Below, one piece after another: positions 26,381 to 39,899 of a stretch of DNA of 64,000 nt. The notes beneath the pieces were generated by a model that saw only the letters and a program-made list of their open reading frames with translations, did not search any database and was not told where the DNA came from. The DNA comes from Chara braunii (lineage: Eukaryota; Plantae; Charophyceae), in assembly GCA_003427395.1 (NCBI GenBank), contig BFEA01000022.1, forward strand, positions 2,629,608 to 2,693,607, given 5' to 3'. The position numbers and the translations under genes were made by a program. The first letter of the stretch is position 1. Each line of letters begins with the position of its first letter.

Positions 26381-26473
26381 GGGCTCTCCCCGAATTTATG
26401 CGGATCGTCCTTGCGCAGGGGCCATGCTAATCTGCCCAGTATCGTTCCAATGTCCACGAATGTCCCGAAGGAC
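26381..26473 (-). ncRNA. U6: Near full-length U6-like sequence with altered ACAGAGA box inside copy C
   Basis: Minus strand GTCCTTCGGGACATTCGTGGACATTGGAACGATACTGGGCAGATTAGCATGGCCCCTGCGCAAGGACGATCCGCATAAATTCG. 5' stem-loop, AGC triad and ISL are intact; ACAGAGA is replaced by ACTGGGC; no U-tail. Confidence 0.85.
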
Positions 26474-29400
26474 TGTACCACAGTAGTGGTAGCCCAGCAG
26501 TAGCCTAGCCGTTCGCGTGTGTATCCCCTGAATGATGCCGCTGGGTTGTTCTGCAGGCCCCAACATTGGTACAGCCTTACAGGACCTTATAGCAAAAACG
26601 CAGAAATAGAAAAAATAAAAACTTAACCCAGAAAATAAAAAAAAACATATAAAAAAAAATAATAAAATAAAGAAAAACGGACGGGGGAGGGGGACTGTTT
26701 GTACCTGGTCCTACCCCACGGGCCCGTTGCTGGACTCCCCCAACAAAACCAAGGGGGATAGTCCCGTGGGACCCTCAACCCCTCGATTAGCTCCCGCAAT
26801 ACGCTCCATTGCTCCACCACACGCTGCTGGCCTCGATCCCAGGATTTGGCCGGTGAGAGTCTGGCACCGTAACCGATAGGGCTAAGCCCCAGCCTGGCAC
26901 AGTTGCAAGCCAGGTTCCCTATGAGGAGTAGTGCCTGTTAGGCCGGCCTGCGGCAGGGTACTATAGGCCATCAGTTTAACTCACTGCTTGCGCCTCAGGC
27001 CCTGCCGCGCCGCACTTGGCTGCCTTGGGGCAAAGCCCCACGCGGGCCTCCACGCAGGCCTGTTCCACCGCGGCCTGGCGGCGTGTTGAGCCTCTCATAG
27101 CCCACCACTAATGCCGTTGCCTAAGAACCCCCCCCCGGCTTGTACTCTAGTTGCGCCTCTCCTACTCGGCCTCAGTGGCGGCTCTGACCATCGGTAGGGC
27201 AAGGTCAGCCTGGCGTCTACGAACTCTGTACAGTGTGATCCCAAGCTGTCGGCTCTCATCAAGTCGGGCGGCGTTCCCCTTTTGTCATAACCCTACAGAA
27301 CCAACACTATGCCGTCCTAAATCTTGTCTGTGCGTGCGAGGTCGCGACCGCCTCAGAGTCTTCTAGCGTGACACTCACTCGTCCTACCGACGCCTCGTGG
27401 TCGTTCTCGACCCAGACTCCGTCGGCCTAACGCGTGCCCATAAAGTGCACGCTCACTCACTCTCTAATCAATACAAGTGGGACGCGCCCTCAGATATCGT
27501 CAGGCGCGTTCTTCCTGCGAGTTACAAGAACGTGCCCAAATACCCTTGTAAGGGTATTCGGGCCGACAGCGTGCTTTTTGCAAGTCACGTCGGTGCGGCC
27601 TCGTTTGAAGTTGACGGCGCGCTCGAGGGTGAGAGTTGAGTCCTCGCTCGGGTGAGTGGCGCGCGTGAGGTCTCGACGGCGAGGGGTAACCATGCGCAAC
27701 CTTGGTGTGCGCGACATCACAGGCCAGCAGGACGCCCGACCCCTCACCCCGTTGCTTTTTTTTTTTTCCTCGCATTTGTTGTTCTTCTTCTTCTTATTAT
27801 TTTTTATTTATTCCTACTTTTATTTTCACAGTTGTCGTTGACCCGGTGACGGGATCCGAGACCGACGTCGGGCACCATGGGCCAGGCTCGGCTACTACTT
27901 TGCCGGACACGGGTGGGAGATCACTTTAGAGTGGCATGAATCTTCCCATGTTTTGGGGAAGATTCATTCTCTTTTTCGGCGAGGAAAGAAATGGGGCCAT
28001 GCTGTTGCTGCTTGTTGTCCCATGCTGCTTCTGCTCGCTGTCGACATCATTACATTTGATGACTAAGTTTTGCTGATAGGGGGGAAAGGCGTGTGTGTAA
28101 GCAGAGAGAGGGCGAGGAGGGGGAATGCAGAGGGGTGTGGGTGAACTGAGAAGGAAAACAGAAGACTTACCTGCATGACTTGTGAGATGTGGTTGGCTCC
28201 TTCGCAGATGTGGCCTCCATGTTGCTCCCCTTCACAGTCTGCATCATTGTTGGGTTTGGGTCCGTACAAATCTGGCCGGTAAGGCGGCCAGATGCATCAG
28301 AAAGGAGAAGGCCGAGTTGACTAAGCGAAAGGAACAGAAGGGGCGAGGGAATACATACCTGACAGACTGAGCACAGTGGTGCAAGAGGGGTCCGACGGGG
28401 GAAATCTTTCTCGTGTCCTGATGGACGATTCATTCTGATTTTGCTCGCCCACCAATGGAGGTAGCCTCTCTCAATCCTCATGATTGGAAGGCAGTGTATA
28501 CCTGACCGCAGTCCAGCGGGATACTCAGTCGCATTTGCTTATTAACAGTCATGTTGTCGGCGGATGATGCTGCTATCTGTGCTCGTCGTCGGGGGCTGTT
28601 GCTGAGAGTAAGTGAACTGTTGTCCCCGTTTCTGTTTGTGATCATTAGTGCTGACCACGATTATTCCCCCCGCTCACGTCTTTTGTCCCTCTCGTGATTA
28701 TACTAACCCGATAGCTTTAAGGCAAGTCGGGCAACAGGGTAAGTCGTCTTGGTAGTAGAAGTGGCAGAGATGAGAGAGTTGGGGGGGACAAAGGAAGACT
28801 TACCTGTACATGGCTTGGCTGAGGCTGCTAATGATGACAGGTTGTGTCACAGCGGAGGCGTGTTGTAACAAGTCTTTCTGCACTTAGGAAGAAGGTTCAC
28901 TCCCTTCTTGAAGCTTATGTGTTGCCAGGTGGAGGTTCTAGAGAGAGAGAGAGGGAGAGAGAGGGAACTCGCCAAGCCATTAATGCAGGGGAACGGAAAG
29001 TTGAGCTATGTGCCAGATTGTGGGCTTGTAGAACATTGCTCCCGTAGCCACGTTCAAGTGTTGCTGCGTTCTGTTAGCTAAGTTGCTGCTAGACGCTCGA
29101 AGTGTTGATGCAATTATCAGTTTCTGATAAGATTGCAGCTGCTCCTGGCCTGAATGTCTGCTGCCGCAAGCCAGGAGGTTGCTACAGGCTTGTTGAGTTG
29201 CTACGAGAGGCGCGGAAACAATTTCTGCAGGCTGTATGGTTCGGCCTTTGACATTCAAAGTCGGACTTGCTGGTTGAGGCAGTAAGCACTACTATTGTGC
29301 ACTGGTATTGATGGTCTTCTAGACCAGGGCTGCCAGTTGCAAGACCGAACCACTGTTGTGGCACAGGGTGTCGGCGCTGCTGCACGGCAGGGCTGTCATC

Positions 29401-30799
29401 CTCGTTGTGTCTGCTGCTGCTGCTGCTGCTGCTGGCCACCATCTGCAAGCTGATCGTATTCGGGTTCTGGGTTGTTGTTGGTCCAGACTCTCGTGGTTTT
29501 CGGCACTGCTGGTGCTGATGTTGAAGATTGGTATTTGATGAGGCCAAGGGGCTCCTGCAGCTAAGGCCTAAGGAACCACTACTACAGTCGTGGGTAGCAG
29601 CTAATAGTTAGTAACACTATTGGTTTTAGCAGCAAAGATTATTTTGGGCCACCATTGCTAAAAGACTAATGAGACTGCTGGAGTTGCTTGCTGCTGCTAT
29701 TTGAATCAGAAGTACTATTGCGTACTATTGCAAATGTTGTGCCTTCTATTGTACCTTTGCTGCCCTCGGCTACTGAGTGTCTGATGTGTAGTTGTTGTGC
29801 TCCTCGTTCTTGTTGTTGCTGTGCACTCATTGTACGATTGTTGTGCATTACTGTGCATGGCACTAGGCCTCAACTGTTCAGAGCTGTGAATTAATGTCTT
29901 CTCTATTGTGCACTACCGCGTACCGTTGCTGAGCACACTATGTTTGCTGAGTGTATTGTTGCACAACACTGTACATTATTATAGTGTCTTGTTGTGTCAC
30001 ACAGCTGTTGTGCGGCCCACATTTGGCAATACATGTACTCCGTCACTGTTATTGTTCCCCTTTCGGGCGCTGTGTTTTGCTGCTCGCCATCACCGACTGC
30101 TATGGACCAGTGTATTTGTGAAACTTGTTACTGGCATTGCTATCTGTTAGATTACTGTGCATAACGGCAGTGTACGCCGCTGTTTGACTTAGTATCATTT
30201 GCACTCCGAATAGAGCACAAGGGTGTGCTCTATTCTAACACAGCTTTTCGAGGCTGTGTAGTGGCAATCCGGTCAGGAAGAACGGCGTTTTGCTTTCGAA
30301 GGAGCGAACAGGCTGCAAGAGGGGATTATTGTTGTGACTTGGGGGTTCGTCAAAGTGCTGCTGTTCTGCGTCTGAAGGAATCAAGGCCCTCTCACGCGAG
30401 TCTGAGCGCACCTCTCTTGTATCTGAGCGACTCAATCTCTCTCCTTCTGCCCTTCTTACTCTCAGTCTAGTCTCTTGGTTTAGAGAGGAAGGCGGCAGGC
30501 GGGATTGAAACCCGTAATCCGTGCTGAGGCCTTTGTGGGAGGTCCGCCCCACCGATTGCAGGAGCTCTGCCGGGGTTCAGGGAGGACCTTGGAGGCAGGG
30601 AACTTTGAAGTAGGTCGACACGATCTCCCGTAGGATCGTGTATACCCCTCTCTATATCTCCTTTCATTCAGTTTGCTTGAGTTTTGACTTTTTGTATATT
30701 TCCTTGACTTAATTCAGGACTTTAACTTAATCAGAGGAAATTTACTATATTTGTCTAAATTTATCTGTCTTAAATGAAATCCACGATGTTTGCTTGCGA

Positions 30800-31135
30800 T
30801 GATTTGAATGGGGCTGGAAATGAGGTCCTTCTGACTGATCCGGTCGCCTTGCTCGTTTTGCCTAAGACATTGAACTGGGGTTGGAGATAAGGTCGTTCTA
30901 ACTGATTCGGTCGCNNNNNNNNNNNNNNNNNNNNNNNNNNNNNNNNNNNNNNNNNNNNNNNNNNNNNNNNNNNNTCGTTTTGCTTAAGACATTGAACTGG
31001 GGATGGAGATGAGGTCCTTCTGACTGATCCGGTCGCCTTGCTCGTTTTGCCTAAGACATTGAACTGGGGCTGAAGATGAGGTCGTTCTAATTGATTCGGT
31101 CGCCTTGCTAAGTCTGTCAGATTGCATGGGGTTGG
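30800..31135. repeat. ~70-bp tandem repeats spanning an assembly gap (inside copy B)
   Basis: Units of GACATTGAACTGGG...GAGGTC...CTGAT.CGGTCGCCTTGCT; copy number is uncertain because of the N-run. Confidence 0.75.
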
Positions 31136-33991
31136 CTGAGAACAACTTTGAAAGATAATCAACCGAGTAAGATACAGGACAAATGTTTCTATGATCAAGA
31201 CAAGCGAAAGATGAACACGTTGGATGAATGAACACTTGTTTTTGAACTGGCTGAATGAGTTGTTGACATGACATGCTTGTTAGCAAAGCCTCGTCTTTTG
31301 TTCAAGTTTTGTCTATTTCAGCTGCTTAATAGGGTAGTTTGTTAGTGCTCGCCACGTGCAGGAGCTATAGGAGTTAGTTCAATTCTTGCATTTTCTGAGT
31401 TAAGTTTTACTTAGTTTAAGTTATCACATTTTTTTGGATCATTTATTTTACTTGGCTTTGGCGGTTGTCTTGCGTCGAGAGATTAATCCCTCAAGTCGTG
31501 TGTCAGCCGACACTGGAGTGTTGAACGTGACCCTCGAGACTATCAAGATTAACCCCTCAAGTCGCGTGTCAGTATGGGTACCACATAGTATGCCATCATT
31601 GCGACTGCTTGCGAATCGTTGCATGGCTAGTCGATATGAGAAATCCTTGCATCCGTGCAGTTTTATATTAAGACGCTCGCGCGATGCTTAACCGGTTTCC
31701 GTATGAGAAGGTTATGGGTTGGATACTAAAGGGACTAGGAGTGTTTTTGTTTTGTGTGATTGATCCGACTTTTGTTTTGGCGTGGTGTAACGTGTGGTAA
31801 GAAGGATGCGTCCTAGTCGACCGACGACGAGTCGCGCTTGGGACTTCAGCCCCCCAATGCGTCGGTTTGCGTACGGGTTCGATAAAGGCGTGGAACCGCG
31901 CGTACCCCCTATGCTACAGTGTACGAGAAAACGCCCTCGGTTGGTCCACCTCTGCGATTGCATGTAAAAGCTTTCGTATTGTGGACTGGTAGCTCGGCGG
32001 GGATACGCCCACCTAAGGGATGGTGACAGCTCCCGCAAGTGGAGGTAAGTTATACCTCGCGTGACCCTATCCTGTTGTAGGGGTTTGCGAGAGGTATGGC
32101 TGGCGCACTAGGCCGGAGCGGCAACGCTTTACGACTAAAGTCCTACCGAATCCTGCATGATGCGGCCGAGAAGGTCCCCTCTCATTGCGGGGACCGTGCG
32201 AGCGACACCGCTATACAATCCACACATCCCCTCTTGATTACCCATACACCAGGGATGGAGGATAATATGAGTAGCTCATTGAAGCTAACGACACAAGCAA
32301 TGTGGGAGAGTTGACGTCAACGGTGAGCCCATGAGTAGTGCTTTTACGCAGAACTCAATTCTTTCTTTTGTGCAAATCGTTCTCGCACATTCCCCCTTGC
32401 TCTTATCCATAACTGTCTCGAGAGCTCAGTGTCCTTGCCGAGGCGAGCTGGTCATAGCACTCATTGGGCGAGATGTCTCAAAAGGCACGGGTCAAGCAGG
32501 AAAACATGGACCATGCGATTGGTACCCGCTATGAACACACACACCTCGTTCATGAGAGAGACTCACATGCTCCTCCGAGCCATACTCGTAAAAAAAAAAA
32601 AAAAAAAAAAACTGATGACTTTGATTGCCCTTCCCATAACTGTCTCGCCACCACACGCACTCAGTCCCTCTGGCGTCGCGAGATGGCTTTCGGACCGTCT
32701 TCCACAGACGCGATTGGCGGGAGGTCCTTCCGCCACTGTTACAGATTGTGCCACGACGTCTCTATGCTGCTAGCTTCAGAGTCAGGCCCTAAGCCCCTGC
32801 CCATGCATTGTTCTTACGGTCTGTAGCCCTCTCGCAGACTCGACGTTCTCTGTTAGTAGCATTGTGTCTGGAGGGGGAGTCTCAACATCATTTGCATCTC
32901 TCTTGCGCGGGTTGCATGTCGCATACACGAGAGGTCCCTTTCTCTCTCTCTCTCTCACTCTCTCTTCTCTGAATGCCCCCTCTCCCTGTCTTGCCCGCTT
33001 CTCTCTCAGAGACCCCGTCGAGGCGAGTTGACCTTTGGGCCCTCCTCTACCTGCTCTGTCGGATGGTGGTCCCTTCGCCATTGCTCTCGCCCGTGCCAGG
33101 ATCGGGTTTCAATGTCGCTCTCTTCACTTTCCGCTTCAGAGTCTCGGTTCAGATTTATTTGTTCCCGCTCTGTAGTACCAGTTGAAGACTTTGTCTCATG
33201 ATAGGCAATCGTAACTTCAATGCACGCAGTAACGTGGTCATGTCGACGTCTCCTTTCCACTCTGTTTTTTTGCTTCGGTGATAGCTGCCTGCAACTTTTG
33301 GTCCTCCCTTATCTCAGCATCTCTACCTCCTTCGACATTAATCTTCAGTCTCGCATCATCTCCATCAAAATTCAGGATCGTTGTGATCCAAGGGCCCTCC
33401 CCAGATGCTAATGACGAACGGGTTAGTAACCTCCAACAGTTAGGCTTGTAACCCTCTAGCCCTCTTCGGCATGCCATTGTCGCACACTTTGAAATAGCCT
33501 CAGCTTGGCAGTAGCCTGCACACTCACACTGTACGTTCGGAGCACTGGACAGTGAAGTCCTGATAGTGTTGGTCGGAGTGTGTCGCCGCCTAACACGGCT
33601 ATTTTAACTTACAGCGAGAGTGTACCCGACCATACGGAATTAGCGGTGCACCAGCACATGCTTCACACGCGCTACCACAGGACTGAAAGTCCCCGATGAC
33701 TACGCAGTTAGCTATTACCTTTGTAGAGCCCAAAAGGCCACGATCCCAGTGTACTACATGAGATACTTTAAAAACGTTTTTGAATTAATATCTAACGTGG
33801 GGCTGCATAAGAATAATATTCTAACCAATAATAACTAAGAAAAGGAAGGCAGTCACGACTCAACGGTCACAGTGCCCGCAGTCTTCGAATTATCTTGGGG
33901 GCTCGGCGCGCAGTGGTCCCATAACTGGACACCGATCGGTTTCTCCCTCCCTTTTTAGGGGGCTATCAGACTAATCCTAATGGGTACCCGT

Positions 33992-36900
33992 TGTCGAGCG
34001 CATCGGCCCCCGCGCGAGCGAGGGCCCTTCCGACCCCGTCACTCAGGAAAAACTTAGGCTTTCAACTTTTTAAAGACAACTCGGGGACGACACGGTAACT
34101 CGCGTCGACCCTTTGCCGCTCCGGCTGAGTGCGCCAGCTGTACATCCCGCGGTCCCCTACGACAGGATAGGTTCTCACGGGGCACAATTTACCTCCCCTA
34201 AGGGGTTGTCACCACCCTCAGGGGCGTATCCCCACCGAGCTACCAACCCACATGCGAAGGCTTTTCTGATGCAATTGCAGAGGTAGGCCGACTGAGGGCG
34301 TTTGCTCGTTCGCTGTGGCATAGGTACGCATGGTTGAACGCCAAAGTGGACCCGAATGTCGTCCACCCCTGGGGCGCTGATCTCCCAGGAATTGGAACGT
34401 ACGCCGATCGAGTAGGACGTGATATTCCAAGCGTAAGGAAAACTTCGAGCGATCCTAGTCTTTCAAAGACAATCAAGAGTTACTCAGACAAAACAGTTTC
34501 AAATGAAGAAGACTAAGGTCAACGTAAGTTGACTTATCTTCTTAAATCGATTTATCCATAATAGGATCATGCATACCACTCGTTCAGATTAAATGTACGA
34601 AGGCTGACTTGACTTGTCATCCAACGACGAGCCAACATGAGTTGACTTGACTTCAAATAACACTTATCAACAAAAGGATAAAAACATGATTAACATCCAT
34701 AACGACGCTCAAATGGCGTCTGACCAAAATATCTCCACTCTGCCTGCCAAATGGCCGAGTTGATGAGATGCGTTGCCAAGTTCTTTCATTCCGCCCCATA
34801 CTGACTGCTAGAAAAGAAACGCAGACATCCTCCAACTCTCAAGTAGAGCTAGTATATCATTGCTTTAATGGTGACTTCACTATCTTTCTAACTTTGGTGT
34901 GAATGACTTCCGCAAGTAATCCAGCGACGACTATTCAAATTAGCGGCCGATTTAGACAACCGACGCATTGGTTACCCTGCCGAGGACGGGGTTCTGGTTC
35001 TAAATTTTATTAGTCGCTTTGTCCTCCTAGGTAACAATGGCTCTTTCCATCCCACGAATGATGAAGTATCCATCTTCATCATAAGATTGTTCAAAGCATC
35101 GCTCTAGTCGCTACTTCCTATCAACCCATCTCAACTTCCCCAGGTTTGCACTTCTTGTGGAGCGAACCTATCCGCGAAGGTAGTGCCTACTCGCACTCCA
35201 TCCAAGACTAGTAATTACACGAACTGGGCTTCTTCTGGCGCCAGTTCCCCATACGTCAGTGGCTCCTAAAATGGCCACTAGAGGGGTATGCTATGGCAGT
35301 TCCCCTTAACGCGAGGTGTCAAGAAAACTCAAGCCCCTTCCATGAATCGGCGCATGTCCTTTCCCTAGGAAGTGGTATGGGATACCCCTCGTCGTCGCCC
35401 GAGCGAACCTCGGATCTCAGAAGTCGGGCGGGCTCCACCACAACAACATGGTATCCCCCCGCATAAGCGATCCACTTCGAGTCGATAGCGGGGCCGGCCC
35501 CTAAGGCAACGAACCCCCGCCTCAGATGTCTCCTAGGGAAGGGAAAAACGTCTACCACGGTGGGCAAAACGATCCCTCGACGCCTAACGTCAAGGGTAAA
35601 TTAGACAAAAAAAGAGATCACAGAAGAGAAAATCATTCAGACAGACGGGCATAGACAGGGAGGGTCATTCGAGGAAAAACGGGTAACCTCAGAAAAAAAA
35701 TCTATGTCCGATTGATTTCTTCTTCTTTGTGTGATCAAATTCCTTTTCGTCATCTACTGGTTGTCCTTCCCTTGAACATGCATGTAAGTGAGAAATAGAA
35801 AACAACCATCCTTCTATTCATTTCCATTAACATGGATAGGTTCCTCTTTTCCAGGCATCCTTCTACCTATCTGCACATCAGGACAAACAACGAGTTCAAA
35901 AAAAGACAATACAATCCCAAACTCATGTCAGACTTCCATTCACACATGCAAACAAAACACAACTTCATCTACCTCTTCAGTGAACATTCAAAGAACAGGG
36001 TCAAGCACGTGTGGGTTGCGAAGGGTTATGAGTCAAACTGACTGACCTTGAGTGAAGTTGATGTACGACTCACTCAAGAAAATCGTATGAAATCTCGTTT
36101 CAAATGAAAAGATCCCCTATAAAGCGATCCACACCACACCCTGGTGGTCGTTCATCACAAGAAGCCGTTAGCAAAGTGATCCACACCACTCTCTACAACG
36201 ATTGCATGCCGCAATACTCTCTCAACACACAATCACCTCCCAATAATCTGACGACGTCTTAGCATCACCGTTACACCAACCGCGCCACCACGCAGTTGCC
36301 GTCAATACCAGAACACCCTGCCACAGAATGTCCCTCACAGCCAAGACAACCCGGCCAGTCTCACGCACCACTGCCGTTAATGCTGCCATCAACCACCACT
36401 AGCGTCACTGCGACACCATCACCAGCGTCAACATGTTGCCCCCGCGCTATACGGACAACATAACACCAGCACTAACTTAAAAAAACATGCCACCACTTTG
36501 ACGACACTTCCCCTGTGTCAATGCCTCATCACCGCAAAAAACGGGCAGCGCTTTCGTGCCACCATCCAAAATGCACTACTGCCACCGTGCAAAACGGGCA
36601 ATGCTTCCGCGCCACCACCTAGAACACACTGCCGCCTGCCGTAAAAAATGGGAAGCACTTCCACTTTGCACCTCACCACAATCGGCTGCCGTCGCCGCAA
36701 AAAATGGGCAACACTTCCTCGCCACCGCCAAAACGTGCCGCCGTTGCCGTGCCGAGCGGACAGCACCCCTCCTGCGTTTCACCAAGTGCAGCGGCAGCTA
36801 TGACTACCCTCACTCCCGCGGTCTCTGCAGACCTCCAACGCTTCTCTCTCCCCTCGCTGAGATGGCGGCTATGGCTGTGTTTCACAGCTATAGCCACCTC

Positions 36901-37608
36901 CAACAGTCCTCCTCTCTCTCTTGCAGACCTCCACTCAGCTCCTTCTCACTCCACCAGCATCTCCTCCTCCAGCAGCCAGCATTCACCCAAGCGAAATGCT
37001 AGCAGCACCAGCCACAAATGAATGTTGGGCAGCTGGCTGCTGGCTGTTTTATAGCTGGCTGGAGGCTGAGGGCAGTTGCTTTGCCCCCAGCCAAAATTCG
37101 GAGTGAGGCCTGGCCCTTGATCTCAAACGCGATCAAGGGCTGGGAAACTTGATGTTCCCCTAGGGGAACCAAGTTCCAGGCCTTGGTAATGCATCTGGCC
37201 GCAACCCCCGACCAGATGCAGCCTTAAATGGCTGTATAGAGCCAAGTAGAGCAGACTGTTGAAGTTCAACAGCCTGCTGTCAACTCAGAGTCCAGATGCT
37301 TCTACCCCTGCATCTGCCCTACGTCGTGCTTAGATTCGAGACGTTCTGTTTTTTTTTTTTTTTTTTTTGTTCCCATCTCCCCCCCTTCATTTCCTCCCTG
37401 TGAGGGGCCGCTGGTTTTTCGAAACGAGCGGCCTGAAAATTGTGTCATTTCACAGAGGCGAACTAGAGTCAAGCTCAACTGGGTCTTCTTTCCCCTTTCA
37501 ACCGTGCGCCTGTATCTGGCACGCAAATTGCTCCTGATCCAGGCGCAACAGCTGCCCACCAGATTACACTGCAGCCCGTTTTCGAACGGGCACAGTCTTG
37601 GTGGGGGA

Positions 37609-37697
<89 letters not shown>

Positions 37698-39324
37698 AAC
37701 CCGACGGTCGCGACCGTCTGCCGCGAACTGGAAACCATCCCAAAGCGTGTGCAGAGAGTGCCTCGTAACTCAAGTACAAGGTCCCAAAACCCACACCCGG
37801 AACATAGCCACTTTTTGTGGCAGATTCATCCAGTTTTGCTCATCCTATACAAAAATGGTTGCCCGTTCGTCAAAAACGAACGGGCAGTTTACTAATTTCA
37901 CTAATAAAACGAAAAAGAAATCAATAGACTCTTTAAAAAATCTAAAGCAAATCTAAAAAGAAATCTAAAAAAGGAACAAGGGAAAAAAAAAAAATGAAAA
38001 CTTACTTTTAAAACAAAGAGACTGCCCGTGAAAACGGGCGTCTGCAACAACCTTTGGGGACCTTAAGTCTCCTCAGTGGCGCCTCGGTTGTGGTTTTAGT
38101 TTTTTTTTTTACTATTCCGTTGTCTTTGCCAACGGTTACGTCTTCACGTGGCTGAAAAAACACGACTCTGGTGATACAGACCCAAGTTTGAATCAACGAA
38201 AAATTTGAACTTTTTTTTTTTTTTTCCCCTCGATTATGCGTGTCATCTCTGCGCAGATAGATGACACAGATCGCGCGGCCTGAAACGGCCGTATCGGATC
38301 CGAGCGGCTGATTTTCAGCCGTATGATCTTACAGATCGCGCGGCCTGAAACGGCCGTATCAGATGACTTTTCCGCATGGCCGCTCCCAAAAGGAGTTAGC
38401 CCAGTGGGGCCTTCTGGCTTTGATCCCTGCGTCCCCGAGGTGAGAAGTTGGTGCAGTTCCTACTTTTTTTTTTTTTTTTTTTCCCCTCGATTATGCGGGT
38501 CATCTCTGCGCAGTAGGTCACATCGTATCCGAGCGGCTGATTTTCAGCCGTGTGATCTTACAAATCGCGCGGCCTGAAACGGCCGTATCGGATGACTTTT
38601 CCGCATGGCCGCTCCCAAAAGGAGCTAGCCCAGTGGGGCCTTCTGGCTTTGATCCCTGCGTCTCCGAGGTGAGAAGTCGGTGCAGTTCCTACTGGGCTAG
38701 CTCCTATTACGGGAGCTATAACCGCAACTCTTCTACCTGAAGGGCTGCACACAGTAGGCCTCCCATTTTCTGGCCTAGGCAGGCTCGATCCTGGCTCCCG
38801 TTCAACGTCGGCATCCCACCACCTAACTGGTTGGAGCCCAACCCAGAAGCGCGATAAGGCATCCTTTTAGCCATATATACGACTTCGGGCTCCGAACGGA
38901 GTCAAATCACGCAGCCCACAAAAATCAATAGACCCCTTATTCTTTCCGTGTCGTGGCCCCATACCCGGCGCGATCACTCTTTTAAGCCTACTCAGGTCCT
39001 GGATCGCGAGGCTGAGCAGCCGCGCGATATTATTTTAGGTAGACGAAGTCTAGCTTTAGTCTTTCCATGATCGCGCACCCCTGCGGCCTTGTCGGGAACC
39101 GCAGGCGACAAGTCGTACTGCTGACTCCCGCTGTTTCGATCGAACGACAATGACGTAATACGTCAACGACGTAAGGTTTTAGGTCTCTCAGTTATAGGGT
39201 TGGTCTGAATAAACTTTGGCAACGTCAATCTCATCATATTCCTCAAATCCAACGAAAAGAGTCGGACAACGTCTGACCTTGAAAAACTCGAGCAGAAACC
39301 CTCACAGGGGTTTCTGTCCCGACA
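33992..39324 (-). mobile_element. NCGY family copy D (~5.3 kb), diverged inverted homolog of copy A
   Basis: TGTCGAGCGCATC ... CTGTCCCGACA; exact TSD CCGT (33988-33991 / 39325-39328). Confidence 0.9.
38210..38705 (-). repeat. Tandem duplication (~240-260 bp) carrying two degenerate U6 3' fragments
   Basis: Minus-strand CTGCGCAGAGATGACACGCATAATCGA (38230-38256) and CTGCGCAGAGATGACCCGCATAATCGA (38487-38513), each followed by GGGG and an A-run. Confidence 0.75.
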
Positions 39325-39899
39325 CCGTGTCTGATGGCAAGCAGGGGGCTTATGACGTTCCATGGAAGGTGATAAACCTCCTACTAAAGCGGCTGCGGGT
39401 TGGCCCTCTTTTGGGGGTCTACTATGGGGCACTCAGTAGGTCATGTCTGCGAAAGAGCAAAATGCGAAGAACTGGCCAGTCTAGGCCACCTGCTTACGAA
39501 CACGGTTTGGAATTGAGTCGTTCGTTTCCCCGCGAAGTGACAGGGGCAACTAAATGTTTTTAAAAGACTAAATAATAAGAAGAAAACAAAAAAGAAAGGA
39601 GAAAAGGAATCCCTAGTGTCGCGTCAGGATCATCCGATTTGACATTTCTAAAAGTAGTGGTCCGAATCCGAACGCAGGCATGAAACGTAGAGTTTTCATT
39701 TTTTTTTTCTCCTCCCCTTTTTATTTTATTTTTCTTACCTTCTTCTTTTCGAACCTTTTGCAGATAGCGTACCTATCCCATAACCCGCTTGGAGGGAGCT
39801 CGGCGCGCAGTAGAAAAGACTGCACCGGTCCCTCTACCTTCCCCTGGGCGAGCCTGGCGGCTACCACGAGCACAGGTCAGTTGTGCTCTGCTGTACAGT

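Larger units (their letters stand above)
16615..27568 (-). mobile_element. NCGY family copy C (~11 kb, non-coding) nested in copy B
   Basis: TGTCGCGCGCATC ... GGGCCGACA termini; exact TSD GCGT (16611-16614 / 27569-27572); palindrome at 27538-27559. No long credible ORF. Confidence 0.9.
16579..32207 (+). mobile_element. NCGY family copy B (~4.7 kb of own sequence), interrupted near its start by copy C
   Basis: Starts TGTTGTACC plus palindrome AAATACCCTTACAAGGGTATTT and ends GTGCGAGCGACA. TSD CCGC (16575-16578 / 32208-32211). The last ~740 bp are homologous to copies C and E. Confidence 0.85.

Noticed and set aside
2862-39324. Copies A and D as giant terminal inverted repeats of one 36-kb element
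   Set aside because: Each copy has its own distinct TSD (CCGC versus CCGT) and they are clearly diverged, so they are independent insertions.
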